DNA of 64,000 bases, from contig JAFLJP010000104.1 in assembly GCA_022712945.1 (NCBI GenBank), positions 76,447 through 140,446 of the forward strand, read 5' to 3'. Shown one piece after another: positions 41,429 through 51,511 of the stretch (its first letter is position 1; each line of letters opens with the position of its first letter). Source of the DNA: Gammaproteobacteria bacterium. GTDB lineage: Bacteria; Pseudomonadota; Gammaproteobacteria; RBG-16-57-12. Below the pieces are notes generated by a model. The model had not been told where the DNA came from, did not search any database, and saw only the letters and a program-made list of their open reading frames with translations. Position numbers and translations under genes: made by a program.

Positions 41429-42325
41429 ATGACCGTGAACTTAAAAAGCTGTTTCACCCAGTATCGAACACGTGTTGATGGTGCCCTTGATCACTGGCTG
41501 CCCGGTGATGATATCCACCCGACCCACTTGCATGAAGCGATGCGCTACGCCACCTTTAATGGTGGCAAGCGTGTTCGTCCGCTACTCACCTACCTGACCG
41601 GTGAAGCGCTGAATATCGCCCCGGAACAGTTGGATGGCCCCGCCTGCGCCATTGAACTCATTCATAGCTACTCGCTAGTACACGATGATCTACCGGCCAT
41701 GGATGATGATGACCTGCGACGTGGCAAACCCACCTGCCATAAAGCCTATGACGAAGCGACTGCGATTCTGGTCGGTGACGGGCTACAGGCACTCGCCTTC
41801 TATATTCTGGCCCACGACGACAACATGGTCGACGATACCAACGCCCGCTTGCGCATGTGTGCACTGCTGGCACAATCCAGTGGCTCCCGGGGCATGGTGG
41901 GTGGTCAGGCGATCGACCTGGCTGCGGTTGGAAAATCACTGAGCCTGGCTGAACTACAAGATATGCATATCCACAAAACCGGGGCACTAATTCGTACCAG
42001 TGTGATGCTGGCCGCCTACAGCAAACCGGATCTCGACAACGGGTTGATTGAAAAACTTGATCACTACGCAAAATGTATCGGCCTCAACTTCCAGATCAAA
42101 GATGACATTCTAGATATCGAAGCTGACACCGAGACGCTGGGCAAACCACAAGGCTCCGACGTCGATGCCAATAAACCCACCTACCCTGCCATTGTCGGTA
42201 TGGAGGATGCCAAGCGGATGATGATGGATCTGCACCAGGAGGCACTCGACAGCCTCACCCCCTTTGGTGACAAGGCAGAACGCCTGCGCCAATTAGCCGA
42301 GTACATCATCAGTCGCGAATACTGA
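41429..42325 (+). CDS. ispA: Farnesyl-diphosphate synthase (geranyltranstransferase).
   Basis: First aspartate-rich motif [26 protein letters not shown] and second motif FQIKDDILD. Confidence 0.9.
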   Translation: MTVNLKSCFTQYRTRVDGALDHWLPGDDIHPTHLHEAMRYATFNGGKRVRPLLTYLTGEALNIAPEQLDGPACAIELIHSYSLVHDDLPAMDDDDLRRGKPTCHKAYDEATAILVGDGLQALAFYILAHDDNMVDDTNARLRMCALLAQSSGSRGMVGGQAIDLAAVGKSLSLAELQDMHIHKTGALIRTSVMLAAYSKPDLDNGLIEKLDHYAKCIGLNFQIKDDILDIEADTETLGKPQGSDVDANKPTYPAIVGMEDAKRMMMDLHQEALDSLTPFGDKAERLRQLAEYIISREY

Positions 42326-42366
42326 TATACTACAGCACACCCCACTCAGAAGGATTACGCCGAACG

Positions 42367-44265
42367 ATGGCGAGCAGCAATACAGAGAACAACACTTCCG
42401 CCTCAACGGATGAAGATCACCCGGCCTGCACACTGCTGGAACAGATCGTCACGCCCGAACAGCTGCGTGAACTCAGCCCAGAACAGCTACCCACCCTGGC
42501 AGAAGAGCTGCGCCACTTTCTGCTGGAGTCTGTCAGCAAAACCGGCGGTCACCTCTCGTCAGGTCTCGGCGCTATCGAACTCACCATCGCCCTGCACTAT
42601 GTCTTCAACACCCCCAGTGACCGCCTGGTTTGGGATGTGGGCCACCAGAGCTACCCGCACAAAATTCTCACTGGCCGTCGTGAACAGATGGCAAGCATCC
42701 GCCAACACAACGGACTCTCCGGCTTCCCAAAACGAACCGAGAGCTCCTACGATGCATTTGGTGTCGGCCACTCCAGTACCTCGATCAGTGCCGCGCTGGG
42801 GATGGCGATTGCCGCTCAACACGCCAAAAATGACCGCAAATCGATCGCCATTATCGGCGATGGTGCGATGACCGCCGGCATGGCATTTGAAGCACTCAAC
42901 CACGCCGGTCATCTAGATGCCAACCTGCTGGTTATTCTCAATGACAATGAGATGTCAATCTCGCCCAACGTTGGCGGGCTATCCAACTACCTCGCCAAAG
43001 TGCTCTCCGGCAAGTTCTACTCCTCAGTGCGCGAAGGCGGCAAAAAAGTATTTAAAAACATGCCCGCCGTCTCAGAGCTGGCACGCCGTACAGAAGAGCA
43101 TGTAAAAGGAATGGTGGTGCCCGGCACGCTATTTGAAGAGCTGGGCTTCCACTACATCGGCCCGGTGGATGGTCACGATCTCGATACACTGCTCACCACG
43201 TTGCAAAACATCAAATCCCTGCACGGCCCTCAATTTCTGCACGTGGTCACCAAGAAGGGTAAAGGGTATAAACTGGCCGAAGAGGATCCTTGTAAGTTCC
43301 ACGGCGTCACCCCCTTTAACCGCGAGAATGGCGAAAAAAAGAGCAACGCCAAAGCCGGAAAGAGTTACACCGAAGTGTTTGGTGAGTGGCTGTGCGACAC
43401 CGCCACCCAAGACCAACGGCTGATCGGTATCACCCCCGCCATGAGTGAAGGCTCCGGCATGGTTGAATTCAGCCAGCGCTTTGCCGAACGCTATATCGAT
43501 GTGGGCATTGCCGAGCAACACGCCGTCACCTTGGCCGCTGGCCTCGCCTGTGAAGGGTTAAAACCGGTTGTCGCCATCTACTCCAGCTTTCTACAACGGG
43601 GCTACGACCAACTACTGCACGATGTGGCGATACAAAACCTGCCGGTTCTGTTTGCCGTAGATCGCGCCGGCATCGTCGGCCCCGACGGCCCCACACATGC
43701 GGGTTGTTACGACATCAGCTTCCTGCGCTGCGTACCCAACATCAGCATCATGACCCCCGCCGACGAACAGGAGTGCCGGGCGCTGCTCAGCACTGGCTAT
43801 CAACTGGACAGCCCGGCGGTTGTTCGCTACCCCAGAGGCGGTGGCCCAGGCGTTAAAACAGCCGAAAACCTGGAACCTCTCCCTTTCGGAAAAGGTGAAA
43901 TCCGCCGTCAGGGAAAAGGCATCGCCATCCTCAACTTTGGCCCGCTACTGCAAGAGGCACTCCAGGCCGCCGAACAGCTCGACGCCACTGTGGCCAACAT
44001 GCGCTTTGTCAAACCGCTGGATCACACCCTGCTGCGCCAACTCGCCGAACAACACGAAACGTTGATCACCCTGGAAGACAACGCCACCATCGGCGGCGCA
44101 GGCAGTGGAGTAAACGAATGGCTGGCAGCGCAAAACATCCAGCGCCGGGTAATCAACCTCGGCCTGCCCGATCGCTACATCGAACACGGCAGCCGCGAAG
44201 CACTACTCGCCAGCTGCGGTCTTGATGCCCAGGGTATTATCACGAGTGCGCAAAACGAGCTATAA
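42367..44265 (+). CDS. dxs: 1-deoxy-D-xylulose-5-phosphate synthase.
   Basis: TPP-binding [18 protein letters not shown]. 632 aa. Canonical xseB-ispA-dxs order. Confidence 0.95.
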   Translation: MASSNTENNTSASTDEDHPACTLLEQIVTPEQLRELSPEQLPTLAEELRHFLLESVSKTGGHLSSGLGAIELTIALHYVFNTPSDRLVWDVGHQSYPHKILTGRREQMASIRQHNGLSGFPKRTESSYDAFGVGHSSTSISAALGMAIAAQHAKNDRKSIAIIGDGAMTAGMAFEALNHAGHLDANLLVILNDNEMSISPNVGGLSNYLAKVLSGKFYSSVREGGKKVFKNMPAVSELARRTEEHVKGMVVPGTLFEELGFHYIGPVDGHDLDTLLTTLQNIKSLHGPQFLHVVTKKGKGYKLAEEDPCKFHGVTPFNRENGEKKSNAKAGKSYTEVFGEWLCDTATQDQRLIGITPAMSEGSGMVEFSQRFAERYIDVGIAEQHAVTLAAGLACEGLKPVVAIYSSFLQRGYDQLLHDVAIQNLPVLFAVDRAGIVGPDGPTHAGCYDISFLRCVPNISIMTPADEQECRALLSTGYQLDSPAVVRYPRGGGPGVKTAENLEPLPFGKGEIRRQGKGIAILNFGPLLQEALQAAEQLDATVANMRFVKPLDHTLLRQLAEQHETLITLEDNATIGGAGSGVNEWLAAQNIQRRVINLGLPDRYIEHGSREALLASCGLDAQGIITSAQNEL

Positions 44266-44283
44266 TCGCTCTATAGCGCATTA

Positions 44284-44334
44284 AGGGATGTAGAATTTAT
44301 TAAAATACCGCTCTTACTTGTCTTCTACATCCCT
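44284..44334 (+). mobile_element. Compact complete copy (51 bp) of the miniature inverted-repeat element.
   Basis: agggatgtagaa-tttattaaaataccgctcttacttgtc-ttctacatccct. Perfect 12-bp terminal inverted repeats. Confidence 0.75.
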
Positions 44335-44354
44335 AAACTCTTTTCAAAAACAGA

Positions 44355-45695
44355 ATGAATATGTTAAACAAAAAACAGACACTGAAAACACTCTACCAAG
44401 CGCTGAGCGACAGGCCATTAAACTTTGGTGAAGATACCGAGTTGTATGAACCTTACGTCGAAAAACTACCCGGTGGCGATCCTATTCTTGAGTTGAAAAC
44501 GACAATTGAATTCTCTGAATCAGAAAGCCTGCATCTTGTCAGTGGACAGCGCGGCACTGGCAAAAGCACCGAATTACTCAGGCTGAAATACTTATTGGAA
44601 AAAGAGAGTCAATACACCGTATTTTACCTCAACATGCTCGACTATTTATCAGAATCTGAACCAGTGGAGATCAGCGATTTCCTGCTTGCCGCCTCTTCCG
44701 GCCTCGCCGCCCAAGCAGAAGAACGCTATGGTTTAAATTCGCTGCATGAAGGTTACTGGGAGCGCATACAAAACCTGCTCTCCTCCGAAATCAAGCTCGA
44801 AGGCGTCGATGCTAAAGCAGCTGCTGCCGGTTTTAGTGCTACCTTTAAAGCGCGGTTAAAAAAAGATGTCACATTCAAGCGCCAGTTACAGAAAGCAGCC
44901 CAAGGGCACATTGTACAACTAACGACGCAAGTGAATGAGTTTGTCATTGATCTGGTCAGTGCAGTCCGGAAAAAATTAGGCAATCAACAACAAATTGTTT
45001 TTATTGTTGACTCCTTCGAGCAGATTCGCGGCACCAGCCAGAGCGCCCACGAAGTACACGACAGCGTAGTGCGTCTATTTGGACACCACGGTGAAAATCT
45101 GCACCTGCCACAGCTCCATTTTGTGATTACCGTACCACCTTATCTCACCATAGCCGCGCCGGGCATTAGCCGCCTGACTCAAAGTAACCCAGTCATCACC
45201 CTGCCGAGTGTGCATGTAAAAAGCCGCAATGGTCAGCCGGATGAAAAAGCTTTAAAGGTCATGCGCGCCATCGTTCATCGTCGCAGCCTGGGGGCAAAAG
45301 ATATATTCCCCGATCATGCCATTGACCATCTGGCAGCGGCCAGCGGTGGAGATCTGCGGCACTTCTTCTCCATGCTGCGTATTGCGCTGCTAAAAACCAG
45401 CGCAGAGCTGCTGGTTGATTTACCCATCAAGGATCAAGTGATCAAACAAGCCGAAGAGTCTCAACGGCGTGATATGTTACCCATATCAGATGAAGACGTT
45501 CTCTGGCTGGCAAAAGTCCATGCCAGCAAAAAAGCTGAACTACCGAGCATTCAGCAGTTACCACTGCTGGCCCGGCTATTCGATGCCACCTTAATCATCA
45601 ATTACCGCAATGGTGACGATTGGTACGACATCCATCCACTGGTAGAGACCTATGTAACAGAACGCAAAAAAGTACTCGATGAGCGTAATCGCTAA
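44355..45695 (+). CDS. P-loop NTPase of unknown function (AAA+/STAND-like).
   Basis: Walker A VSGQRGTGKSTELLRL. Walker B QQIVFIVDSFEQI. GGDLRHFFSMLR sensor-2-like arginine. No transmembrane segment and no recognisable effector domain. Confidence 0.6.
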   Translation: MNMLNKKQTLKTLYQALSDRPLNFGEDTELYEPYVEKLPGGDPILELKTTIEFSESESLHLVSGQRGTGKSTELLRLKYLLEKESQYTVFYLNMLDYLSESEPVEISDFLLAASSGLAAQAEERYGLNSLHEGYWERIQNLLSSEIKLEGVDAKAAAAGFSATFKARLKKDVTFKRQLQKAAQGHIVQLTTQVNEFVIDLVSAVRKKLGNQQQIVFIVDSFEQIRGTSQSAHEVHDSVVRLFGHHGENLHLPQLHFVITVPPYLTIAAPGISRLTQSNPVITLPSVHVKSRNGQPDEKALKVMRAIVHRRSLGAKDIFPDHAIDHLAAASGGDLRHFFSMLRIALLKTSAELLVDLPIKDQVIKQAEESQRRDMLPISDEDVLWLAKVHASKKAELPSIQQLPLLARLFDATLIINYRNGDDWYDIHPLVETYVTERKKVLDERNR

Positions 45696-46767
45696 CATAG
45701 AACAACCGTGGCGAGAGCTGCGCCAGCACCTCGATTGGAGTGACGACTTCTCTCTCATTTTCTATTTCAGCGATAACATCGTCGCCATGGCACAACTGCA
45801 TCAGCGGGTAAAAAACTACTACCATGGCCGCACTACCCAGCTAACAACCCTCGGCTACCAGGCCAACCCCCATTGGTTACAGCACACCTTAACCCACGTA
45901 CTGCAACAGGGCCACCAGACACCGCTCTGGTTAACCCTAAATCAGGACTACAGCAAGGCGGCAAAACAGCACTACACACAACTGCTATTTCGCTTGAATG
46001 AACGTCGAGATCCGTTACGTCGAGATCATAAGCAGGCGCTGTTCATCGTATTGCCAGAGTCTTTTTTATCCATTTGTCGTGAAACAGCACCGGACCTTTG
46101 GGTAATTCGAGCGTTAAGTGAGACCATTGAACAACATTCAGAAACAGATTCGGGAAAAACCTTAGAAGAGAGAATAAAACAAACCAGCAGCACCCCACCG
46201 CAAACAACCGATTTCCCCTATACAGAGTATCAACAACAGTTGATTCAAGAGTGGCAACGCCTGCGGCAGAAAAAAAGTACCGACAGAGGCGCCTTGCTGG
46301 CCATCAACCGTGCCTTTCAGGAGTTGATAAAACTGAAGCGCAGCCAAGAAGCGCAATTAGCTGCTGCTGATATGCTGAAAATTACCCGTCAGATGGGCGA
46401 GTCACCAGAGGCGCTGCGTGATCTTTCGATCTCGTTAGACAACATTGGAACGGTCGCCCAACAGCAGGGGCGCTGGGGCGAGGCCCACTCCGCCTATGAC
46501 GAGAGCTTGCAACTGCGCCGTCGTCTCGCCTCGCTGCTGGGCGAGTCACCAGAGGCGCTGCGTGATCTTTCGGTCTCGCTAAATAACATTGGAACGGTTG
46601 CCCAACAGCAGGGGCGCTGGGGCGAGGCCCACTCTGCCTATAATGAGGGGCTTCAACTCGCCCGAAGGTTGGCTGGTTTATTACCTGACATTCCAGACTA
46701 CCACTCACTGCCTGGTTATTTTGAAACCGCGTTAGCTGAATTGAAACAAAAGCAGAACAGCCCCTGA
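45679..46767 (+). CDS. TPR-like repeat protein, overlapping the NTPase gene by 17 nt.
   Basis: The C-terminal half holds two near-identical 50-aa helical repeats, ESPEALRDLS(I/V)SL(D/N)NIGTVAQQQGRWGEAHSAY(D/N)E(S/G)LQL. The overlapping reading frames imply co-translation with the NTPase. Confidence 0.6.
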   Translation: MSVIANIEQPWRELRQHLDWSDDFSLIFYFSDNIVAMAQLHQRVKNYYHGRTTQLTTLGYQANPHWLQHTLTHVLQQGHQTPLWLTLNQDYSKAAKQHYTQLLFRLNERRDPLRRDHKQALFIVLPESFLSICRETAPDLWVIRALSETIEQHSETDSGKTLEERIKQTSSTPPQTTDFPYTEYQQQLIQEWQRLRQKKSTDRGALLAINRAFQELIKLKRSQEAQLAAADMLKITRQMGESPEALRDLSISLDNIGTVAQQQGRWGEAHSAYDESLQLRRRLASLLGESPEALRDLSVSLNNIGTVAQQQGRWGEAHSAYNEGLQLARRLAGLLPDIPDYHSLPGYFETALAELKQKQNSP

Positions 46768-46849
46768 ATCAACTGCACCCACCACGCCAAAACCCTGTAC
46801 AATCCACACTCTATTTTTATGCTGTAGCACCCTCTACAGAGGATTTACC

Positions 46850-48094
46850 ATGATATTTTCATCTCTCGATCTGGCACCCGAAATTCAACAGGCCCTGGAT
46901 GCTTGCGGTTATAACCAGATGACACCAATTCAACAGCAGGCGATTATCCCTGCCCGACGTGGCCGGGATCTGCTGGCCACCGCGCAGACCGGAACCGGCA
47001 AAACCGCTGCCTTTGCGCTGCCGATTTTGCAACAAATGTGTGACCGCCCCAAGTCGATCTTACCCGGCGACGTGCGCACGCTGATCTTAACCCCCACCCG
47101 GGAGCTGGCTGAACAGTTAGCAGAGACTATCGGCCGCTATGCCCGGTTTTTACCGCTCAGCATAACCGCACTGTACGGCGGCAGTAAAACCAGCACTCAA
47201 GAGAAGAAGCTCAAAACCGGTGTCGACATCATCATCGCCACCCCTGGCCGCCTGCTGGAACACGTCGTTCAAGGCAACATCAACCTCTCCGAGGTCGAGT
47301 TCGTGGTGCTGGATGAAGCGGATCGCATGCTGGATATGGGCTTTATCACCGATGTTCAGAGCCTGCTGCAAAAAATACAAAAAAAGCACCAGACTCTGCT
47401 CTTTTCCGCCACCCTGTCGCAACCGGTCAAAGAGCTGGCCAACAAACTGCTCAATAAACCATTAGTGATCAGTGTTGCCAAACAGAATGCCATTGCCGAC
47501 ACCATCGAGCATGTGGTCTATCCGGTTTCAGAGCACGATAAAGCGGCGCTGTTTGTTGAGCTGATAGAGGCACAAAACTGGTTCAAGGTGTTGGTATTCA
47601 CCAGCACCAAAGCGCAGGCAGATGAGCTGATGCTCAAGCTGAAAAAGGCGAAAATCAAAGCCGCACTCTGCCACGGTGATAAGAGCCAAGGCTCGCGCCG
47701 CCGTGCTCTGGCCGACTTTAAAAGCGCTAAAATACAGGTATTGATCGCCACTGAAGTGGCGGCCCGTGGACTGGACATCCAGGATCTGGAGCACGTGGTC
47801 AACTACAACCTGCCGTTTCTGGCAGAAGATTATGTACACCGCATTGGTCGGGCTGGCCGGGCCGGTAACAAAGGCCAGGCAATCTCACTGGTCAGCCGTG
47901 AAGAGGAACGCACACTAGCAAATATTGAACGGCTGATCGGCAGCCGAATTAAACGTGTCAAGATAGCAGGCTACGAAGTGGGAAGCCGCGAAACCCTGCT
48001 TGACAATATCGCACAGCGCCGCCGCCCACCCCGCACCAACAAAGCCACTCAAACCCAGATCAGCCGCAATCACACAAAAAAAAGACAGGGCTGA
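46850..48094 (+). CDS. DEAD-box ATP-dependent RNA helicase (RhlE-like).
   Basis: Q-motif and motif I MTPIQQQAIIPARRGRDLLATAQTGTGKTAAF. DEAD box VLDEADRMLDMGF. HRIGRAGRAG. Confidence 0.9.
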   Translation: MIFSSLDLAPEIQQALDACGYNQMTPIQQQAIIPARRGRDLLATAQTGTGKTAAFALPILQQMCDRPKSILPGDVRTLILTPTRELAEQLAETIGRYARFLPLSITALYGGSKTSTQEKKLKTGVDIIIATPGRLLEHVVQGNINLSEVEFVVLDEADRMLDMGFITDVQSLLQKIQKKHQTLLFSATLSQPVKELANKLLNKPLVISVAKQNAIADTIEHVVYPVSEHDKAALFVELIEAQNWFKVLVFTSTKAQADELMLKLKKAKIKAALCHGDKSQGSRRRALADFKSAKIQVLIATEVAARGLDIQDLEHVVNYNLPFLAEDYVHRIGRAGRAGNKGQAISLVSREEERTLANIERLIGSRIKRVKIAGYEVGSRETLLDNIAQRRRPPRTNKATQTQISRNHTKKRQG

Positions 48095-48145
48095 AATCGG
48101 TAATCACCTGCAATAGAGGGAAAACCGAACCGGTATACTACGCCC

Positions 48146-50461
48146 ATGCCCAAAAAACCACCCACCCGTAAAAAGAGAAAAACCACCACCAAACGCCGTT
48201 GGCTCAGGTGGTTGCTGCTGGTGCTGGCAAGCGCACTCATCAGCCTCTCTGTTTACACCCTCTACCTTGACCAACTGATACAGAAAAAATTTGAAGGTCA
48301 GCGCTGGTCGGTTCCGTCTAGGGTCTATGCCCGGCCGCTGGAGCTTTATCCACAACGACCACTGACGGTGGAAAACCTGCGCAGTGAGCTGGATCTGGCC
48401 GGTTACCAACCCTCCGCCAACGGCCTTGAACCCGGCAGCTATCGCCATAACGCCGGGCGCTTTATTATCAGCACCCGTGCTTTCCGTCATTGGGACGGTG
48501 AAGAGCCTGCCCACTCGATCAAGGTGCAGATTCAGTCAGGGAAGATCCAGCAACTGAGTGATGTCGATAGCGGACGTGCTCTGAGTCTGCTCAGGCTCAA
48601 GCCGGTTGAAATCGGCACCATCAACCCCGCCCACCGGGAGGATCGTATTCTGGTTCGGCTGGCGCAACTGCCTGCCATTTTACCAATGGCCCTGCAGGCG
48701 ATTGAAGATCGCAAATTTGCTCGTCACCGGGGCATCGACCTGCAAGGCATTGCCCGGGCCAGCTGGGTGAATCTACGTGCCGGACGGGTGGTACAGGGTG
48801 GCAGCACCCTGACCCAGCAACTAGTCAAAAACTTCTTCCTCAACAGCCAAAGAACCTTCAGCCGAAAATTCAATGAAGCGATTATGGCGCTGCTGCTGGA
48901 GTCGCGCTTTGACAAACAGGATATTCTCGAAGCCTACCTAAATGAGGTCTACCTCGGTCAGGATGGTAATCGCGCCATCCACGGTTTCGGGCTGGCGGCA
49001 CGGTTCTACTTCAACAAACCAGCACAGGAGCTGACGCTGGCGGAATCTGCCCTGCTGGTGGCGATTGTACGCGGGCCAACCTATTACGACCCGCGCCGTC
49101 ACCCGCAGCGGGCAATCGAACGCCGTAATCAGGTGATCGAGATTTTGCACCGTGATGGCATCATCGATTCAACACAAACCGCTGCCGCACTGGCTTCTCC
49201 CCTCTCAGTCACCCCACGACCCAACCGTGGCGAGAGCCGTTATCCGGCCTTTATGGGGCTGGTCAAACAGCAGTTGGCACAACATTACCGTGATCAGGAT
49301 CTACGCAGCGAAGGGCTGCGAATCTTCACCACCCTGGATCCAGTTGTCCAACAGATAACCGAACAGGCCATGATCAAACAGCTTAAACAACTCAAACAGC
49401 GCCAACCCGAACGGGCCACGCTGGAGGCAGCGGTGGTGGTCAGCCGCCTGGGCAGTGCCGAGGTGAGTGCGATGGTCGGAGCCGCCAAACCACAATACCG
49501 GGGCTTTAACCGGGCGTTGGAGATGCGTCGCCCGGTGGGGTCGCTGCTCAAACCCGCCATCTACCTCACTGCCCTCGCCCAGCCACAACACTACACCCTG
49601 GCCAGCCTGATTGAGGATGAGGAGATCAATCTGCCGCAAGCCGATGGCAGCATCTGGTCACCCGCCAACTATGACCACACCAGCCATGGCGCAATTCCGC
49701 TGATCACCGCGCTGGCGCAATCCTACAATCAGGCTGCGGTCAAACTGGGAATGGAGCTGGGGCTGCGCTCAGTGGTTGATACCCTGCAACAACTCGGCAT
49801 TAATAATCAGATACCGCCCTACCCCTCCATCATGCTCGGCAGCCTGGAACTCTCACCACTGGCAGTAGCACAGATGTATCAAACCTTGGCTGACCGAGGC
49901 TATTACACCCCGTTGCGGGCGGTACGTGAAGTGCTGAATGCCCAACACCAACCCCTGCAACGCTACGCCTTAGAGACCGAAAAACGCTTTTCACCCGCCG
50001 CGGTTTATCTGCTCAATGAAGCCCTGCGCCGAGCCTTGCGACAAGGCACCGGCAAGCGAATCGGCGCACAACTGCCGTCCACCCTAAGTCTGGCTGGCAA
50101 GACCGGCACCACCAATCAACTGCGCGATAGCTGGTTTGCCGGGTTTGGCAGCGAATATCTCGGGGTGGTGTGGCTGGGTAATGATGACAATCTGGTAACA
50201 GGGCTGACCGGTGCCAGCGGTGCCCTGCCTATCTGGGCCGCTCTGATGAGTCAACTGGAGGGTAACCTGGAGCCTCTGCCCGCCCCGCCAGAGATTATCT
50301 ATAAAGTGGTTGATAGCGAAAGCGGCCTGCTGGCCGACACTGGCTGCGAGAGCCGTTTTGAATTACCCTTTATTGACGGCTCGCAACCCCAGGCATCGGC
50401 CCCCTGTCGTAATAGCCGGGAGTGGGGCATGTTGGAGCGATTAAAAGGATGGTTTAAATAA
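48146..50461 (+). CDS. mrcB: Penicillin-binding protein 1B (bifunctional glycosyltransferase/transpeptidase).
   Basis: Basic N-terminus plus transmembrane segment. Glycosyltransferase-51 motif EDRKFARHRGID. Transpeptidase SxxK and KTG(T) motifs (AGKTGTT). Confidence 0.9.
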   Translation: MPKKPPTRKKRKTTTKRRWLRWLLLVLASALISLSVYTLYLDQLIQKKFEGQRWSVPSRVYARPLELYPQRPLTVENLRSELDLAGYQPSANGLEPGSYRHNAGRFIISTRAFRHWDGEEPAHSIKVQIQSGKIQQLSDVDSGRALSLLRLKPVEIGTINPAHREDRILVRLAQLPAILPMALQAIEDRKFARHRGIDLQGIARASWVNLRAGRVVQGGSTLTQQLVKNFFLNSQRTFSRKFNEAIMALLLESRFDKQDILEAYLNEVYLGQDGNRAIHGFGLAARFYFNKPAQELTLAESALLVAIVRGPTYYDPRRHPQRAIERRNQVIEILHRDGIIDSTQTAAALASPLSVTPRPNRGESRYPAFMGLVKQQLAQHYRDQDLRSEGLRIFTTLDPVVQQITEQAMIKQLKQLKQRQPERATLEAAVVVSRLGSAEVSAMVGAAKPQYRGFNRALEMRRPVGSLLKPAIYLTALAQPQHYTLASLIEDEEINLPQADGSIWSPANYDHTSHGAIPLITALAQSYNQAAVKLGMELGLRSVVDTLQQLGINNQIPPYPSIMLGSLELSPLAVAQMYQTLADRGYYTPLRAVREVLNAQHQPLQRYALETEKRFSPAAVYLLNEALRRALRQGTGKRIGAQLPSTLSLAGKTGTTNQLRDSWFAGFGSEYLGVVWLGNDDNLVTGLTGASGALPIWAALMSQLEGNLEPLPAPPEIIYKVVDSESGLLADTGCESRFELPFIDGSQPQASAPCRNSREWGMLERLKGWFK

Positions 50462-50826
50462 TGAGATACTGCGCCCTGATATTACTCCTCACCCTCAGCG
50501 GCTGTAGCACGCTGCCCACCCCACCAAAAGATCAACAACAGAGCCTGAGCGCCGCCGACACATTGCTGGCGCAAGCTGATACCAAAGCCGCCAATGGAGA
50601 GATACAACAAGCGATTGCGGTGCTGGAACGTGCCGTGCGGCTGCAACCGCGCAATGCACAAGCCTGGTTGCGACTAGCTGAACTCTATCTATCACAGGGT
50701 GAATACCGCAAGGCCGAGCAATTTGCAGGTCGGGCAGAGCAGTTTGCGGCAGGTGATCGAACGCTGATTCGTCGCAGCAAAATCGTCATCAAACAGGCAC
50801 ATGAAGGGCAGAGAGGGCGGGATTAA
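50461..50826 (+). CDS. Small TPR-containing lipoprotein.
   Basis: Lipobox LLLTLSGCS. Its ATG follows the mrcB stop with no gap. TPR-like AQAWLRLAELYLSQGEYRKAEQFAGRA. Confidence 0.55.
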   Translation: MRYCALILLLTLSGCSTLPTPPKDQQQSLSAADTLLAQADTKAANGEIQQAIAVLERAVRLQPRNAQAWLRLAELYLSQGEYRKAEQFAGRAEQFAAGDRTLIRRSKIVIKQAHEGQRGRD

Positions 50827-50952
50827 GGAACGATTGAGATCGTTTGAACTGGGGTAAAAGAGCAAGCCAGAATGTAGACGTTATTTCGTGCTCGCTCCTA
50901 ACTCAGTTACACCAACATTTTCCCGCTTCATTCGCCAACCAAGGAGACGCCC

Positions 50953-51432
50953 ATGACAGCCTGCTACCAAAAACTTAACTCACCGATCGGCCCCATCCAT
51001 ATTGCAACCGACGGAGAGTACCTGAGAGTGCTGGCCATCGGCCGCAACTGGAACCAATTAAAAAATAGCCTGGGTCATATTGTCGAAAAAGAGCACCCGC
51101 TGTTATCACAAACAAAGCAGCAATTGGAGGAGTATTTTTCACACCGGAGAAGACGCTTCGAGCTGCCCATCCACTTCGCCGGAACCGAGTTCCAAAACGC
51201 CGCCTGGAACGCTCTGCTCAAAGTTCCCTACGGAGAGACGAGAAGCTACGCACAACAAGCAGAACTGATTGGCAATCCAAAAGCGGTTCGAGCCATCGGC
51301 AGAGCCAACGGATTAAACCCCATTTCGATCATTGTGCCGTGCCACAGAATCATCGGAAAATCAGGAAAACTAACCGGCTACGCCAGCGGGCTGAATGATA
51401 AAGCCTATTTAATTGACCTTGAGAAGGCGTGA
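50953..51432 (+). CDS. ogt: Methylated-DNA-protein-cysteine methyltransferase.
   Basis: Active-site IIVPCHRIIG (PCHR motif). Confidence 0.85.
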   Translation: MTACYQKLNSPIGPIHIATDGEYLRVLAIGRNWNQLKNSLGHIVEKEHPLLSQTKQQLEEYFSHRRRRFELPIHFAGTEFQNAAWNALLKVPYGETRSYAQQAELIGNPKAVRAIGRANGLNPISIIVPCHRIIGKSGKLTGYASGLNDKAYLIDLEKA

Positions 51433-51511
51433 AGGCGTGCCTTTTTATCGCTATTGTGCATATTCAGCCTAACCTACTGTCACAACAGACCGGCTGAAAC
51501 CTTGCGCTAAA

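Noticed and set aside
46382-46708. 108-aa ORF on the minus strand.
   Set aside because: It is antisense to the TPR gene and is generated by the internal tandem duplication. It is Ala/Pro/Arg-rich and non-genic.
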